Part shown: in pieces, positions 12,270 through 25,000 of the stretch
Layout: each line of letters begins with the position of its first letter
How positions within the stretch are numbered: the stretch's first letter is position 1
From: Klebsormidium nitens
Taxonomy: Eukaryota; Plantae; Klebsormidiophyceae
Direction of reading: 5' to 3'
Assembly (NCBI GenBank): GCA_000708835.1
Contig: DF237406.1
Coordinates: forward strand, 12,000 to 75,999
DNA length: 64,000 nucleotides
The notes under the pieces: generated by a model
Seen by the model: only the letters and a program-made list of their open reading frames with translations
Databases searched by the model: none
What the model was told of the DNA's origin: nothing
Program-made: the position numbers and the translations under genes

Positions 12270-12910
12270 ACTGTTTGCACCACTATCATCGCAGGTCCTG
12301 GTGTACCGCAGGTGGTTTAATCGATGTGTGCGGGCATTCAGGGTTAGACTCACAGTCTGATCATGGTGTCAATCCAGAATGTTTTGATCAAACCACAACA
12401 GTGTCCGGGTGAGATTTGATGCAAGCAAGTTGCTGTTGAGGTAGCCACTCTACCAAAAGTAGCCAGATTCTTTTGTGAGCAGGGCGATCTTTCCATCGTA
12501 CAACCACCTCAATATGATCGGATAATTGTTTCAAAGACACCCTACATTGAGATCTGTGAAAGAAGATCAAACATTGACAAAAGACTCACCAATCCTTCCA
12601 GCGCCTGGCGCTCCGGGGGGCCTGCTTTTGGCACCACGCTCAAGGCTTGCTAATGCTCAAGGCTTGCATGTTTGTCGGAGCTGTCATCTCAGCCGACAAG
12701 ACCCTTCTCGCTCCCCCAATTCCATCTTGACATGCAAATGTTTACTGTTGAGTGGTGCAATGCTGGCTCACTTCTGTAAAGCCTTGACCTGTTCTCTAAG
12801 CTCTTTGATCTTACCTTCTAGCTCCCTGCGTGCTATCTCCCTCCCGAAGCTGTACCCATAGTACGAGGTCAGAGTTGAAAACACCCCCATCACCGCAAAA
12901 TGCTGCCAAG
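12270..12910. repeat. Decayed dispersed repeat, copy 2
   Basis: Collinear with 3950-4720. Shared blocks include cacc-ctatc-tc-ca--tcctg-tg, actcacagtc, gcttgca..tttgtc and cccatcacc...tgctgc. Confidence 0.6.
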
Positions 12911-13664
12911 TGAAGCGGATAGCCGCCATTTTATCAGGAAGCAGGAGGGAGCTAGAGGAATGCAGCTTTCTCGAAGAGTGGCACTACCTACATTCCTGTG
13001 AAGTTTAAGTGGGTTTGGGGTGGGTTTGGGGCGGCTGGTATAGGCAAACCCCTTTTACCCCCGCCTTGCTCCTGTAATCATAACCGTCCGATGAAGGCTG
13101 CGCAGTTTATATACGGTCACAATGTCACCATCTGAGAAACCGGCACCGTGCGGCTATTTCCTGACCTCACCTGTAAAGCCAGAATACCGTACCGTATTTT
13201 ACAAAAGATGGTTAACGCACAAACCTTCTTATGTCTAATTAACGCACAAATCGCATCCTGGCACCAGCAATGTTTGAATGTCCCTTCGCTGTTCAATGAT
13301 CTTCAAGCCTCGACTTCGAATGGTTCCAGAAAGTTGAGCGTCTTTTCCACGCAGACAGCAAAAGGTGAAGTCCATATACTGACTTGCTCATTACCCCACT
13401 GGACTCCTTTCTTATTCGAGAGGCGCTCTAAAAATTAGTTACAATATCAGATTGTGCCCCTTTTCGTGCTGGCCTAGGTGGAACAGGCCGATGACATTTG
13501 CACAGAAATTTCGATGTTGTGATCGTACGTCAACACGAAGCAACCAATGGCTTTGTCGCTTCAAATGGATGGTGTGCTAGCACAGAAGCTGCTGATTAGT
13601 GATAGAATGCGCAATTAGCTTGATTACTTTCAAGGTGCAGTTCCTCTTCCAGCCCCCTTCCAGC

Positions 13665-16600
13665 ATGTCTCAAAACGTTTCCTGGTCAGAGTACATGTCC
13701 CAAGGTGCGGCCTGGGAAGAAAGCGGGCTGACGAACAACGATTTGGATGCTAGGTTCTCAAGGATTGCGGTGTCACAGCCCCAGCCAAGAAAGCTCTCAG
13801 GGCTTGAGAAGGATTCCCATCTCTTGTCTCAAAATTGGCAGTCAGGAGGGGCTGGCAGAACTGAAGGTGCGCGGGGACTTTGGAACCATTTTTCAAAATC
13901 AGTAGGGGAGCCGCGAAAAGGGAGTGCACAAATCAAGGGCTCGTTGCACTACAGCCAGGCACTGCAGTCTAGAAACGATGAAGGAGGTTGTAGGAGAAGG
14001 CCAGAAGGAACCTCAAATGGACTCGAACAACAAAGAACCGGACAAGCCTTGTCTGGAACGCAGGTGCAAGATGTGCCGAACGGTTCTGGCCAACCTTCGG
14101 CTTCTTCATTCTGGGATAGGATTCGCAAAAGCAGGTCTGCCTCTTCGCAGACAGGGATCCAGAAGCTACCTGGCCAAGAAAAGAAGCTTCGAAAGTCCGT
14201 TACTTTCCATCTCGCTGTGCATACGCCTTCTGTATCTCAAGAGCCAGGTGCAGAACATGGTGCGAACGAGTTTGAACGATCCAACAATCCACTGCCTCCA
14301 CAGGCTCCTCGAGAAAGAGATCGTCTCTGGCCACAAACAGCTTCCACAACAAAGGAAGGAGATCGTTCTTTAAGTTCCATTGACCAGGGTGCAAGGTCGA
14401 AGATTCCTCCCCTTTCCTGTCTGCGTCCCTCGAAGGCAAACGCTCTCAAGCCTGCAGCCTCCTTAACGTGCAGCACGGAACAGAGAGTAGTTCCTTCACA
14501 AGCCTCCCAGGCTCCGCATGAATCAACTCCCTCCCACGAGAAGACCTGGCTCTCTCAACGCCCTGAGGTTGAAAATCTGAGCAGAACAGGATTTGAAGCA
14601 AGAGCATCGCAGAGAGACCATGAGGGATTGTTCAGTGCTAACGACCTCCTAAGTCAGAAGCTGCCGAGGCAGTCTCAAAGTGTTCTAGCAGCTTCGTTAG
14701 CTTTGAGCCTAGAGTCGTACTTCGAGATGTTCGTTGCTCTGACAGGCAGCGAAGCGTCCCGAGAAGTGAAGATGGTGTCAGGTCTGGACGAGAACCGTTT
14801 CAAGGTGAAGGAACTGCAGCAGGTGAGGCCAATATATAAGCACTCTGCATCAGTTATCCTCCAACGACCGTTGCAAAGCTCGTTTTTCTTGCGCTACAAC
14901 GGCCATTGGTCTTACACAAGAGACTTAAAAAAGATTTGCAAGCAGTAAACAAGGTTGCCAAAAACGAATGTCGAAGACGCCTTTGTAAAGCTGCCAGTTG
15001 CAGCCTTGCGGATATTCTATCTCTAATTTGCAAGGTTGTATCAGAAACTTTGCTTTTCAGAGGTATTATTAATTGTTTCTCGAGTCTTGTGCAGATCCTG
15101 ACCGCTCATATGCTGGCCCCGGGAACGCGAAGTAAACGGGTGAGCAACAACTGGAAGTTGCATTGACAGGTCACTTTTACCTGTCTTCTTTGCCTACCGT
15201 TCATGCTAAATTGCACGAAATTTGACGGTTGAGGCGATTGAGAAGCCACCACAGCGTTCTCAGAACCTTTCTAGTTGCCCGACACCAAACCTGCTACAAT
15301 AAGATAACCCGTTTGCATACTAAGCTTGCTGTATTGAGATAGTCTATTTACTCTTCGAGACGTTGTTCCCTGCAGGAGACACTGGATCGTATGGTTGGCT
15401 TGCAGCTTTTCTCTCCGTTCATGGAAAGCGAAGGTATGGAAGAGCAGAACTTTCCTTGTCCGAGCGTCGAAGAGCTCCAAAGCGACCTGCGTGCGCTTGG
15501 CTGGTTCGAAGGAGACTTCGAAGAAGTGGAAGACCTTCGCAGAAGCGTTGAGCTTCAATGTAGAGACAGCGCCGGTGAAGGCCTTCAAAATGTACCAGAG
15601 GATTGTCCAGCCAGATGGAATCGGTTCAAAGACGAAAACGACAGGGCCGAACCGGAAGAGCGCTCAGGCACGGCTGCAGAGCTTGTCCCGCCTGTCCGAA
15701 GCGACAGTACGAGAGCCGCAGATGAAGGAAGCACGCTCGGTTTCGGGCAGGATATAGACTCCTCTGCTCAGATTCAGCCCGGTAGGGGTTCCAAAGAAAG
15801 GCTCTCACAGCAGCAACTAGAGATGCTTGAGAGCGCTCTGGCGTTTGTGGGACCCCAGTATAGACCTTCCAAGGACGCGTATTCAAGTCTTGCGAAGCGG
15901 ACCGGGCTGTCAGCAGAATGCGTCGAAGCGTGGTTTGAGGAGAAGAGGAGGACGGCGATGGAAGAAGGTATGATTTCCAGTTTAGGTTCCTTATCTAGAA
16001 AACCCGAGCCTCTTCTGAACGATTTTCTGTTACCCTTTCCGTCAAACGTGCCAGATGCTAATTAGGACTCGAGAAAGCGGCTTCCTGACGTTGATCGCAG
16101 AGTGGCTCTAATGGGTGACACCCTAATGAATGGGGCGCATGCACTTTTTCATCTTCCGCACTGCTCTGTCATTGCAGACGGAGCATCAGACGCTCTGGGC
16201 AAGGACAGGCAAGAAGCCTGCGATGAGCGGAAAGCGGACCCCCAGCGGAACAACGGCGGTCAAGCAGATCTTCTCAGCACGGTGACGTCTCTCGAAAGGC
16301 GACTGACGGACACCAACCTGACCAGCGGTGCCACGTAAGAACATGAAGTTCTGTGTGCCCCAGTTGAATCCAGTTGTGGGAGGCGATAACTTCCTGACAT
16401 CGTGAATGCCATTGACGTCTGACATGTACTGTGGAGGACGGAGGTTCCACGAGGAGTTCCAGATTGACATCGTGATCGTGGTTCATTTCAGATTGGTCAG
16501 GAATGTAAGGAGATCGAGGTCCGTTTAAAAGCGTAGGTCGCTGACTGCACGTCGCAGAGGAAACAGTAATGAAAGCTCTTCTTCGATGTTTGCAGGAGTC

Positions 16601-19600
16601 CTTCCAACCTCGACGCTGTATCTTCACACGTTAGGCCTCAACCTGCGCGGCCTGAGGATGTCGGAAGAGGCAGCGGCGGAAACAGAACGGCGGAGCAAGA
16701 AGCTGTGGACTTGAACCTGACTCCGGCGCACGAAGCGTTTTTGGCTGGGGCGTTTGCGCTGATGCCAGTCGATGACGGGACGCTGCCCGAAGCTGCGTGC
16801 AGGTAACGTATAACGAAGTCTAAAAGTATGACCAATTGCGAAGCACTGCTCCGAGAATAGGGTTGAATTGCCTACGAAGGACTAAACAGCTCTTTATCGT
16901 GGTGTCTGAAATCATCAATTTTGCGCTAGTATTCTTTGGCAGGCATCGAGCTTTCAGAATACATTATTTCCCCCTCTAAATCAAAGCCTTTCCAGGTTTC
17001 ATCGAGATATCGGTGACGTGCTATCAGTCTCATACAAGCTGGTAATTGAAGTCCCGGCCTGATTGCTAGATGAAGCCAGTCAGAGAGCCCCTGAGATCTG
17101 ACCATACCTTCCTCTCCCATCAGGTCACTCGCAGCCCGCATCGGCGCCAGCGAAGCTGCGGTCACCTCCTTTTTCCGCCGCTTCAGGTCATCTTCCAAAG
17201 ATATGCAATCAACAAACCCTAAGGCCAGCCCCAAAAATCTTCAAGGACTCAGCCACTCAAGTGCATCGGCGACCGTTCCGCCGAGCGAAGATTCATCTTC
17301 AGCCGCGCAGCAACGGAATCTTGACCAATCGGCGATCGACGAAGCTGCGCAGCGGAAGCTCTTGGAAGAGGAGGCTAGGGCCGTAGAAAGCGGAAGCCTT
17401 TCCGCAAGCCTTAGGACTGTGCTGGAGAACATCAAGAGGTTTGAAGCTGCCGGCACGCAACCGGCCGGCGAGAAAGACGTTCTCAGAGGGAAGGGAAGGA
17501 TCGGTCGCAAGGTCGCGGGAGTGCTCGTGGAGGTGAGCACGAGGAATCGAAGGACTTCCAGTTAACAGATGATTGCGTTAAAAGATTGAAAGGGTTAACG
17601 AGTATGGGGTTAGTGGAGCTTCACCCAACAGCTTTTTCATTCATCACTCGTTGGAAGAAGTAACATTCTTCATTAAATTGACGGCAAAGATCAGGTAGCC
17701 TGTATGGAGACTGGAGTCAGCATCATTTGAACATTCTAAGTGAGGGAGCTATTGTCTTTCAGAAGGTTTTAAGGAGAAAGAGGAGTGCCGAAATCCATCA
17801 TCGTCTTTGAAGGCGTTCTTCTCTACTGTTTGAAAAACATTTGCAAAGCAAATCATGGAAAAAGGGGATTTGTCCTTCTCAACTCCACCCCACATGATCG
17901 TGCACGCACTGTGAAAAGATGCAAAGCAACCTAACCTTTTACATCTCTCCTCCCGCACAGGACTACGAGAGCCCGAACAAGGACGGCACGAGAGACGTTC
18001 TGAGCGCCGGCGTTCACGTGGGGACCATCATCCGATTGGCCGGCGCAGCTCACGATGCAGACCTCTGCGAGCGCAACTGTCTGGTAAGAACTCGATCTTC
18101 AGGTTCTTTATCTCTAAGCTTGTGTCCAGACCGATAGTGAAATGAGTAATTCCACTCAAACAAGGATTCGAAGAAGGATTCCACCCACAGGCGTTGCAAT
18201 TCAGCGGTTTCATACAAGATACTGCCCGCTTCCAAACCATATGACCCCATGAGTTCCGGAGATATAGTGAGCTTTGTGCGGTCAAATCAATTCGGCTGAC
18301 AGAGAGAAAGATCTCCTACAGATTGTCGGTTATTTTGAGATCATTTCACGTGCCTCATATTCCCACAGTTGTGCGCGATCCTTCGCTTGAGTTTGTTCCC
18401 TGCCTTAGAGTACCGCTCTCGGTTTCTGTACCTAATCGCAGGACACGCACGACTTCTACATCGTTCGCTTCGTGTGCTCCGAGTCTCCCCGTCAGCGAAC
18501 GAAGCAGCGGGCGTGCCTGGATCTCAAGATTGATCTGCATCAACGGCTGAGGCTGCTAACGTGGACCGACCTGCGCATAATGACGTTGAAGTAAGAGCAA
18601 GACGTTCATGCTTTAAAGCAGACTCTCTCAAAGAAGCTTCTGATTAACAGTTGTGTCTGCTAGTGCTTTAGCTTTCATTAAATTCGCCCTTCGGTGATTG
18701 GAAGTTCCAGTCCAGATCGGCGTTCAGGCTTCTCTTACGAGCCCAAAACGAGATCTCAATCTGCAAATGCAAGCACGTGCTCTTGGTTGCTGTGTGTCCA
18801 GCATCGAAACGTTCGCGGAAGGCTACAATTTCCGGGTCTCCTTGTCAACTGAGGGTGATTCGCACCAATCTTTGCTGCTTCGAAGACACCAACCTTCTGC
18901 TTCTCGCAGGCATGTGCGCGCGCTGCCCGACGCCTGGCTTCTGCTCGCCCGCAAAACCCCGCTGCCGCCCCAACCCGGCGCTCCCGCGGCCGCGGCTACA
19001 CCTTCCGTTCAAGTCGAGCCGGAGCCGCTGCTGCGGCCTGACGCGACGCGCGATTCCCCTTTCCTTCAAGGAGCGCGCTCAGGAGCGGATCTCGTCGCGC
19101 GCGCGGTGGCGATAGGGAGCGCGGACGCAACCAACGCGCGCGCCCGATCAGAGCCGGAGCCGTCCGCTCAGGCGACGCGCGAGCTCCTGTCAAGTGCGCG
19201 CGCGGGCGTGGCAGACGAAGCGCGCGCGGAGGTCGAGAGCGCGGCCGGCGCGGGCGCGCGAGCACAAGAAGATACTGAGCCACCGCTAGGTCAGCCGACG
19301 CTCACTATGTTGGTAGCTCGTGCCGATGCGCGCGCGTACGCGCAAGGCGGAGCGCAATCGCCGGCGGGATCGGGGGCGGCCGCGCTGGAAGCGCGTCAGA
19401 ACATGAGATGGGGCGATGCGTCAGAGGATGGGAAGGCAACGGAGAAAGCAAACGTTTGGAAGGGAAGGGGAAAGCAGACTGTTCTGTTGAACAGCAAGAA
19501 GCCTGAGTTGGTAAAGAAGCCCCCAGCGAGAGCCCCCGCCGATCCTTTCGCTTTCACCGACCAGTTGCTTCGGGGCGTCGAAGAAAGCGAAAGTGCCCGG

Positions 19601-21163
19601 GATAGGATTAAACCGGCCGCAATCGAGGGGATCCCAGGTCCCGAAGTAATCACCGGCGTGTCGGCTCTGCTCCTGGCTCAGGCAAAGGAACGAGAAGCAG
19701 AGTCACACCTCGCCAGAATGACGTCAGAAAGCTGCCACGATGCGTCAGCAATCGACGCGGCTGACGCAATGGTGGAGGACATCGTGACGCAACTAGGGGT
19801 GGACAGCACCGAGCCGGAAAGCCAGAGAGTTTTTGTGCCCGGTTCGCCTCCCCCGATCCCTCCACCGGCTGCCGTTACCTGGGGATGGCGGTCGGTTATG
19901 CGTAACCCGGTCGGTAAAGAGCTGACGAGCAAGGCGCCTGGACGACACTTGGAGACGGCTGAAAAGGACGCAACGGTGTTTCAGATGCAGATGGCGTCCT
20001 CAGAGCCTGTCGTTACCACTGCAGCGTCGCCGGAACTCCAATCAGCGCCTCATAATGAACCGCAGAGAGCGTCACGCTTTGAGGAGAAGCAGCCAGAGTC
20101 TCTTGATGACCAGAGTCGCCCCTTTCCCAACCCGCCGGAAAGATCCGCTGAAGACCAGCACGGAACGGACGGAATCTCTGGTCCGGAAAGGAAGAGAAAG
20201 GCTGAGGACGGAAGGCCGCTCGATCCGCAGAACGGATGGGGAGAGAGGAGAGCCAGGTCAGGTTCCGTCGCGGAAAAGAGCGGAAGCGGAAGGAGCGGTG
20301 CGGAAGACGTCGTTTGGGTCAGGAGCGGGGGTTCTTGGTGGCCTGCGCAGGTGACAATTTGAAAGTTGCTGAAAGATTGTTACACACGTTGTGCGCTTCC
20401 GCTGCCATTGCCAAAAGAGAGCGGCCTTCATTCTGAATCATGCATTTGTGAGAGAATTGCGCAAAAAAATAAAGGGCAGATTCACGGTCTTGCTTTTTAG
20501 ATATCTGAAGACCTGGTCCATCCTAAAGGCATGATTCGATATGATGCTGAAACCTGAGGTTGACATTAGCAAATGAAAAGTTCCTCTCTTTCAGGTGATA
20601 ACTCAAGAGTCGTTGAGCTACAAAGAGCGGCAGAAGCTGTCGGCCACGAGCGGCGACCCGCTGGTTCGACTGTTTGGGAAGCAACCATTGACGTGAGTCC
20701 CTATGCAGACACTTTGGCTCTCCTTGCGTAAATTCCTTACATTCTAGGGTAATCAGCTATAATTTCCATTCGGCAAGGCAACTTCTGATGCGAAACGGTG
20801 CGCAGATAATGAGGTTCTCCTTACAGTTATCAAATCTGTACCATGTTCAGCGCCAGTGGTACAAGCGGAAGAGTAGCTCTGTAATAATCGACTCGCAACA
20901 CGTCCGCAGTTCGGGTGGACAATGTTGTCAATGCAGAATGCTATTCAACCAGCCTGTTTACTTAAGATTGATAACAGAACCGCCGCTCAGTTGTCTTTGG
21001 ACTAGCGGCCCCAAATGATGCTGACCCGTAAGCACTCTTCCTATGCAGTTTGTCGATGCCGGCAAGCAGAACGCTCCCCTTCCGGCAGCATATGAAACGG
21101 TTCACGTCAGGTCGCCACTCTTTCGACTTCCATGAAGCAGTCCAGCTTGCAAGCGAAGCGTAA
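13665..21163 (+). CDS. ~1497-aa chromatin/DNA-binding protein: SAP-like motif, two homeodomain-like units, Tudor-like segment, C-terminal PWWP
   Basis: 11 phase-consistent exons: 13665-14822, 15095-15139, 15376-15967, 16178-16334, 16596-16802, 17124-17532, 17961-18083, 18442-18590, 18910-20350, 20595-20692, 21049-21163 (4494 nt). HD1: ERLSQQQLEMLESAL...YRPSKDAYSSLAKRTGLSAECVEAWFEEKRR. PWWP: VVWVRSGGSWWPAQV...LVRLFG...LPFRQHM...FHEAVQLA. Confidence 0.75.
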
Positions 21164-22044
21164 ATGTTGGTGAACGAACCTTGACAAGCTAACAAGCCAC
21201 ATCATTATGCATCTTACATGTGCTTCAGAGTAAGGATTAGGCGTCGGAGAATCGCCCTGGGTATTCACTCAACTGGCCGCATTGTCCTAGGTTCGCCCTT
21301 TGACGCATGCATTAAAAAGCTCAGTTCGTTTGTTCGTTTCCAGATTGGAAAACCGAATACCGTATTGTTGAATGAAATTAATGTTTACAGTATTGTTGCA
21401 AGTAAGCGGAGAGTTAAGTATGTCCGGCCGGCCTCACACACGTCGAACAACCATTGATTCAAGGTTCCGGCGCCGGGTCAGGGCTCATGGAAATGAGGGC
21501 ACTCATGCAGCCTATCATTAGTCGTTGAAGGTCGGCGGCCGGCCCAAACTTGAAACTTCACCTACTCTGCCACACATATTATAGCATGCGCATGATAAGC
21601 CGCTTGAGCCATTATAAGGTCTCTTTAACTTAAGCCTTTGTGATCATCTGTGTGATTACGGCCCACACTTGCAACCTCATGAAGCGCGCCGTTAACGGCT
21701 CAATGAGCTTTTTACTTTTGGGAAAGTGCGCGGCGCAGCAACTGGTGGCACGCGTTGAATTAAGAGATATCCATGACGTGTATGCGAAAGAACAGACATC
21801 CGAGGGTCGGTATAGTCGACTCCATTTGAATCACTGCATCTTCATTCAAAGCATTGCTTCACATGCACATGCAAGGTGAGAGACCGTTCCATGCAAAGGC
21901 TGAAACGGAAACTGGTAACATTACCACGCAAGTATGATCATTCGCGTCGTTAAGGACGTGTTCGACAATGTATGTTGCTAGTGGATAATATATATACACG
22001 CTCGGACGGCCGCGCTTCGAAAACGCCACTGTTCCGTCCATAAG

Positions 22045-25000
22045 TTAGTTACTGGATATGCTGAAACCCCCTCCCGTGAACCTCGGTTGTTGCATGCTGC
22101 GCAACAGGGCCTGCTTTACGGCTGCGTCTGACCCGTCGAGAGACTTGCTCTTCTCTCGCTCTGCCTGCTCCCGCTTCTTCGCCTCGTAGTACTTCTTCTT
22201 TATTGACTCGAGCTCCCGCGTCAGCCGCTCGATCTCGTACTTGTACTCGTTTACTTGGGCCTGTAGGACAAGGAAAAAAAGAGATAAGAGTTTGACTCAG
22301 AGGTTGACTTGCATTGGTTCAAGCAAGGCGTTCACCTTTTTTCTGACTTCTGGGTTTGGCTCGCTGCCTCGCCACCAGTACTCAAAAAGTTGGGCAAGGT
22401 GCGCCCAATTGAAGAGTAGTGACGTGACTGCTTGTGATGATTTGCGTTTTGCAGCTACTATATAAAAGTCTGCTTTGAGAAGCAAGGTGGAGGTCGCAAT
22501 CGACCGCAGAGAGCAGAAAGGATGGGCGTGTCCAATCCAGCATCCCGACTATCCTCGGAGGACGAGTCGACCGCACGCAAATTAACAAAAAGGCTGACAC
22601 AATCTCCCAATACATTCGACTTTGTTCGGTCCTGTGCAAAAATTCAGATGTTTCGACAGTTGCCGCGTTTTGATTTACAATCTAGTGCCCACGGCCGTTA
22701 ACACATCGGTGCATTTATGCATTTGAATATTTTCAGGCAGCCATATCCTCCGTCCCAGCTAGCAGAAAGTCACCTTTCGAACGGAAGCACAAAAATGAAA
22801 GGCTCTGCATCATACCAGTGTTTCTGGTACACCTACCTGGTACATGTTGAGCTCTGCCGCCATGGCCTTCATCTGTTTCGTCTTCTCCCGCAGGTTGCCC
22901 TGATACACGCTCAGCTGATCCGCGACTTCCGGCCCGGGCTGCCGCGCCAGAATGTTCTTCAGCTCGATGTACAGCTTCTCCTTCTCCTGGATCAGCAGGT
23001 CTTTCTCCACCGCCTGCGAAGTTTGGGCCAATCGATTTTCGCGTAAGCACAATGTATGTTGCGCTGATATATCATTGCAGAATGTGCCCCTCGGTAGGGC
23101 GAGTTGGTCCTTGTAAAGAGAAGATGACGAGCACGTTTCTCCTCCTCCTTCAACAGCAGGTCCCTCGACGGCCTTCAAAATCAATTCTAGTTGAGGATAG
23201 CTCAGGAGTGGAGATACATTTCCTGCGTCTTCCAAATGCGGCTTGTATAGCACACCAAGATTACGTCCACCTTCATTGGTGGTTCACCTTCAGCCGTCTC
23301 CAACAAAGCGTATACTTGAACAAAGTAGCGGACGTTCATGCTTTCGGAATCCGTCTAAGGTCTCACCTCTTCCGTCTTTGAGATGAGCCGCTTCTGCAGC
23401 ATTTGGATCTTCTGGATCATCTCGAACGTCTCCGGCTCGCTGCCCTCTAGTTTTCGCCACCGGTGCACGTTCAGCGGGTTCTCCAGCTCCTCGGAGAGCG
23501 CTTTCACCTGCAAACAAGCGGACGGAGAACTCTCAGACCAATTCGAAGCTTCATAACTTGAGGGGGCGCTCCTGAAAGCGGGTTACATGAAGCAGCAGGG
23601 ACGGGATTCTGTATTTTGGACCTCACAATCCTTTTTTCAAAACGGACCGGTCCTCCTTCAAACTGTTCCTCTGATGCTGGAAAATTCCATAACTGCCTGC
23701 AAAGCGCTCCCCGAATAACCAGCCTTACCGCACGCGGAGAGTTGCGCTGCATGCGATTGAGATAGGACACCCTTGTAAGATTGCGTCTGTTTGGAGTTAA
23801 GAATAAAAGACACTTTCTGGTTAAATCACCCATATCATAGGCGCGCTAAGATGTTTTACCTCTGTCCACTCTTGTAGAAGCATTATTCTCCAAGATGGGG
23901 TACCTTCCTCTTCAGAGCGTCGATGAATTGCACTCAGTGCAACAAAATTCACAAAGCATAGGTGACATGATGTCCTTACCATAGACCTTCTACAGTCTTA
24001 CCTTCATCCGCTCCAACAGCAGCTTCCTCCCGAGATACTGTAACTCTCTCATCGGGAAGTTCAAAGTTTTCATTGAAAGCGAAATGACGACTATTTTAAA
24101 GACTCGTTGGGAAGGCATAAGCCGCCTATGATATGCGCTGAGATTACTAACCTTCGTTCGTTCTTGTAGAAGCTCCCTCCCTAGATGATGAACCTCCCTC
24201 TTCAATACGTCGATGTTTTGTACCGAGTGCAAAAGAATGCCCAGTTCCCGCTTCAGGTCTTGCAGCTTGATCTTCAGAACCCGGATCTCGTTCAACCGGT
24301 CGCGATACTGGATATGGCCCTTGGTCAGAGTTGACTGCTGGATCTTGATCTTCTCGTACAGCAGAGCGAGCTCGTCGTTCCGCCGGATCAACTGGCGAGA
24401 GCGGAAAAGAGAGGGGTGGTAAATATCCTTTCGTGGCAATACGGTAGAGTTTTGATTGTTGGTAGCGGTTGTGGTATCGGAAGTGGCCCTTGGTAAATGC
24501 TGAATCTTAATCTTCTGGTACAAAAGAGTGAGCTCTTCGTTCCGCCGGATCAGCTCTGGACAACGGAATAGGGGGGAAGTTTTGTCTTACGGAATGAAAA
24601 CAAGTTTTGACTGTGCTTTTGTGACTGCATTACGGGCTGATGCTCTCGGTCAAATTTGACTGCGAATTTCAATCACCTTGTACAGAGGCGTGAGATCGTC
24701 GTTCCGCCGGATCGATGCCAACGAGCGGAATGGAATGGAGAGAAACTTTGGACAGAATTCACCGCATGAGAGGGGGATTTCTGCTACTTTCCGGTTAGTC
24801 TATCGCGGCACTGATATGACTTTTGATTAGCGTGTTCTTCAGAGTACTGGTTCTCTGTATAGAAGGCGGAGGTTTTCGCTGGATCGTTTTCACGCAAAGT
24901 TTGTTCTCGCGAGAACAGCGGAACACAGATTCGATCAGTCGCGGGCAGACTTCTTGCTGACGTCAATCCTCACCTGCGTCCCCAGGATGTCCCTCTCGTT

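Noticed and set aside
12388-12570. Chromodomain-like peptide IEVVVRWKDRPAH on the minus strand
   Set aside because: Only a few residues match, with no integrase or RT context; it is part of the decayed repeat.
21110-21135. Apparent frameshift in the last PWWP exon
   Set aside because: Recounting shows the exon is in frame (...SGRHSFDFHEAVQLASEA*).
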